From contig DATKCE010000017.1 of assembly GCA_035513335.1 (NCBI GenBank), positions 13,255 through 77,254 of the forward strand: a stretch of 64,000 nucleotides of DNA, in the 5' to 3' direction. This DNA comes from Acidimicrobiia bacterium (GTDB taxonomy: Bacteria > Actinomycetota > Acidimicrobiia > Spongiisociales > ZC4RG35). Both the position numbers and the translations under genes were made by a program. The notes under the pieces are model-generated. The model was not told the DNA's origin. It worked only from the letters and a program-made list of their open reading frames with translations, and ran no database searches. Positions 63,590 to 64,000 of this stretch are shown one piece after another (position 1 is the first letter of the stretch; every line of letters starts with the position of its first letter).

Positions 63590-63648
63590 CAACCTGGATC
63601 GTATCAGGAAGGGAAATCGATACTCATGCCCGAGGGAGTCGCTGGCGA

Positions 63649-64000
63649 TCAATCACCGATCCGGGTGTATGTCCACGTCCCCAGCTTCCACATGAACTCA
63701 CCACCATGATCCTGCAGGATCCGAACCGCCTCCGTCGCCCCGTCGGGCTCGGAGTCGACCGAGATGACGTGACTGCCCTGGTCGAGCTCGGCGGTGAGAC
63801 GCTCGAGGATCCGGTACTGATCTCCAAAGACGTTGAGCAGCCGTTTGATCGTGGCGATCGGGCCCGACTCACCGGCGGGGTCGAGGTGTTCTTTGCCCTG
63901 CTCGCCCTGGAGCACCTCTACCTCGTAGTCCGCCGCTCGGAGCTCCGATGCCGCTCTACTCGCTCGTTCGGGATCGTCGAAGATGGCGACGACGGTGTCG
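63649..64000 (-). CDS. Hypothetical stress-domain protein (YflT/DUF1269-like impression); 5' end outside the window
   Basis: Frame is open to the window edge (DTVVAIFDDPERASRAASELRAADYEV...). Upstream of, and same strand as, the STAS gene. Confidence 0.45.
   Translation of the reverse strand, partial: DTVVAIFDDPERASRAASELRAADYEVEVLQGEQGKEHLDPAGESGPIATIKRLLNVFGDQYRILERLTAELDQGSHVISVDSEPDGATEAVRILQDHGGEFMWKLGTWTYTRIGD

Overview
High-GC, Actinomycetota-like chromosomal segment with about 70 protein genes on both strands and one tRNA-Arg(ACG). I found no rRNA, CRISPR array, transposase or integrase. Many genes have GTG starts, 1-4 nt stop/start overlaps and long antisense shadow ORFs.

Gene content, left to right:
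- Phosphate scavenging: NaPi cotransporter plus PhoU-like, a HAD nucleotidase, phnDCEE without C-P lyase, and a dGTPase-like HD protein.
- A crotonase and a CrtI-like oxidoreductase.
- Two convergent two-component systems, one preceded by a secreted (DDSP)n tandem-repeat protein.
- Lipid genes: fabH, an esterase and an acyltransferase.
- A photolyase split by a 1-nt frameshift.
- A KASIII-SDR-SRPBCC operon divergent from an AidB-like acyl-CoA dehydrogenase, with a 22-bp perfect palindrome between them.
- Dodecin and a DUF421 protein.
- A 4-hydroxybenzoate/protocatechuate cluster: IclR, pcaIJ, pobA and pcaCHGB.
- A Liv-type ABC importer and an aldehyde dehydrogenase.
- Assorted genes: BON, GNAT, DUF1761, AKR, rpiB, a DASS transporter, a cyclase-TPR protein and a BBE oxidase.
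- A decayed islet region downstream of tRNA-Arg.
- A stress/dormancy locus at 53-64 kb.

Most notable observations:
1. Eleven copies of a GTTTnn-N13-15-GGGTAn (SigB/SigF-type) promoter motif, each in an intergenic region and pointing at the next gene.
2. A group-3 sigma factor gene with a degenerate RsbW-like anti-sigma (HATPase) domain fused in frame to its N-terminus. It sits next to a free RsbW-like gene and a STAS antagonist, and is preceded by the same promoter motif.
3. Tandem partial tRNA-Arg copies bounding integrase-less islets. One copy carries 10-bp-phased GTCCAC hexamers, and one islet holds a higBA pair with a broken antitoxin.
4. Three single-nucleotide frameshifts in otherwise well-conserved genes.
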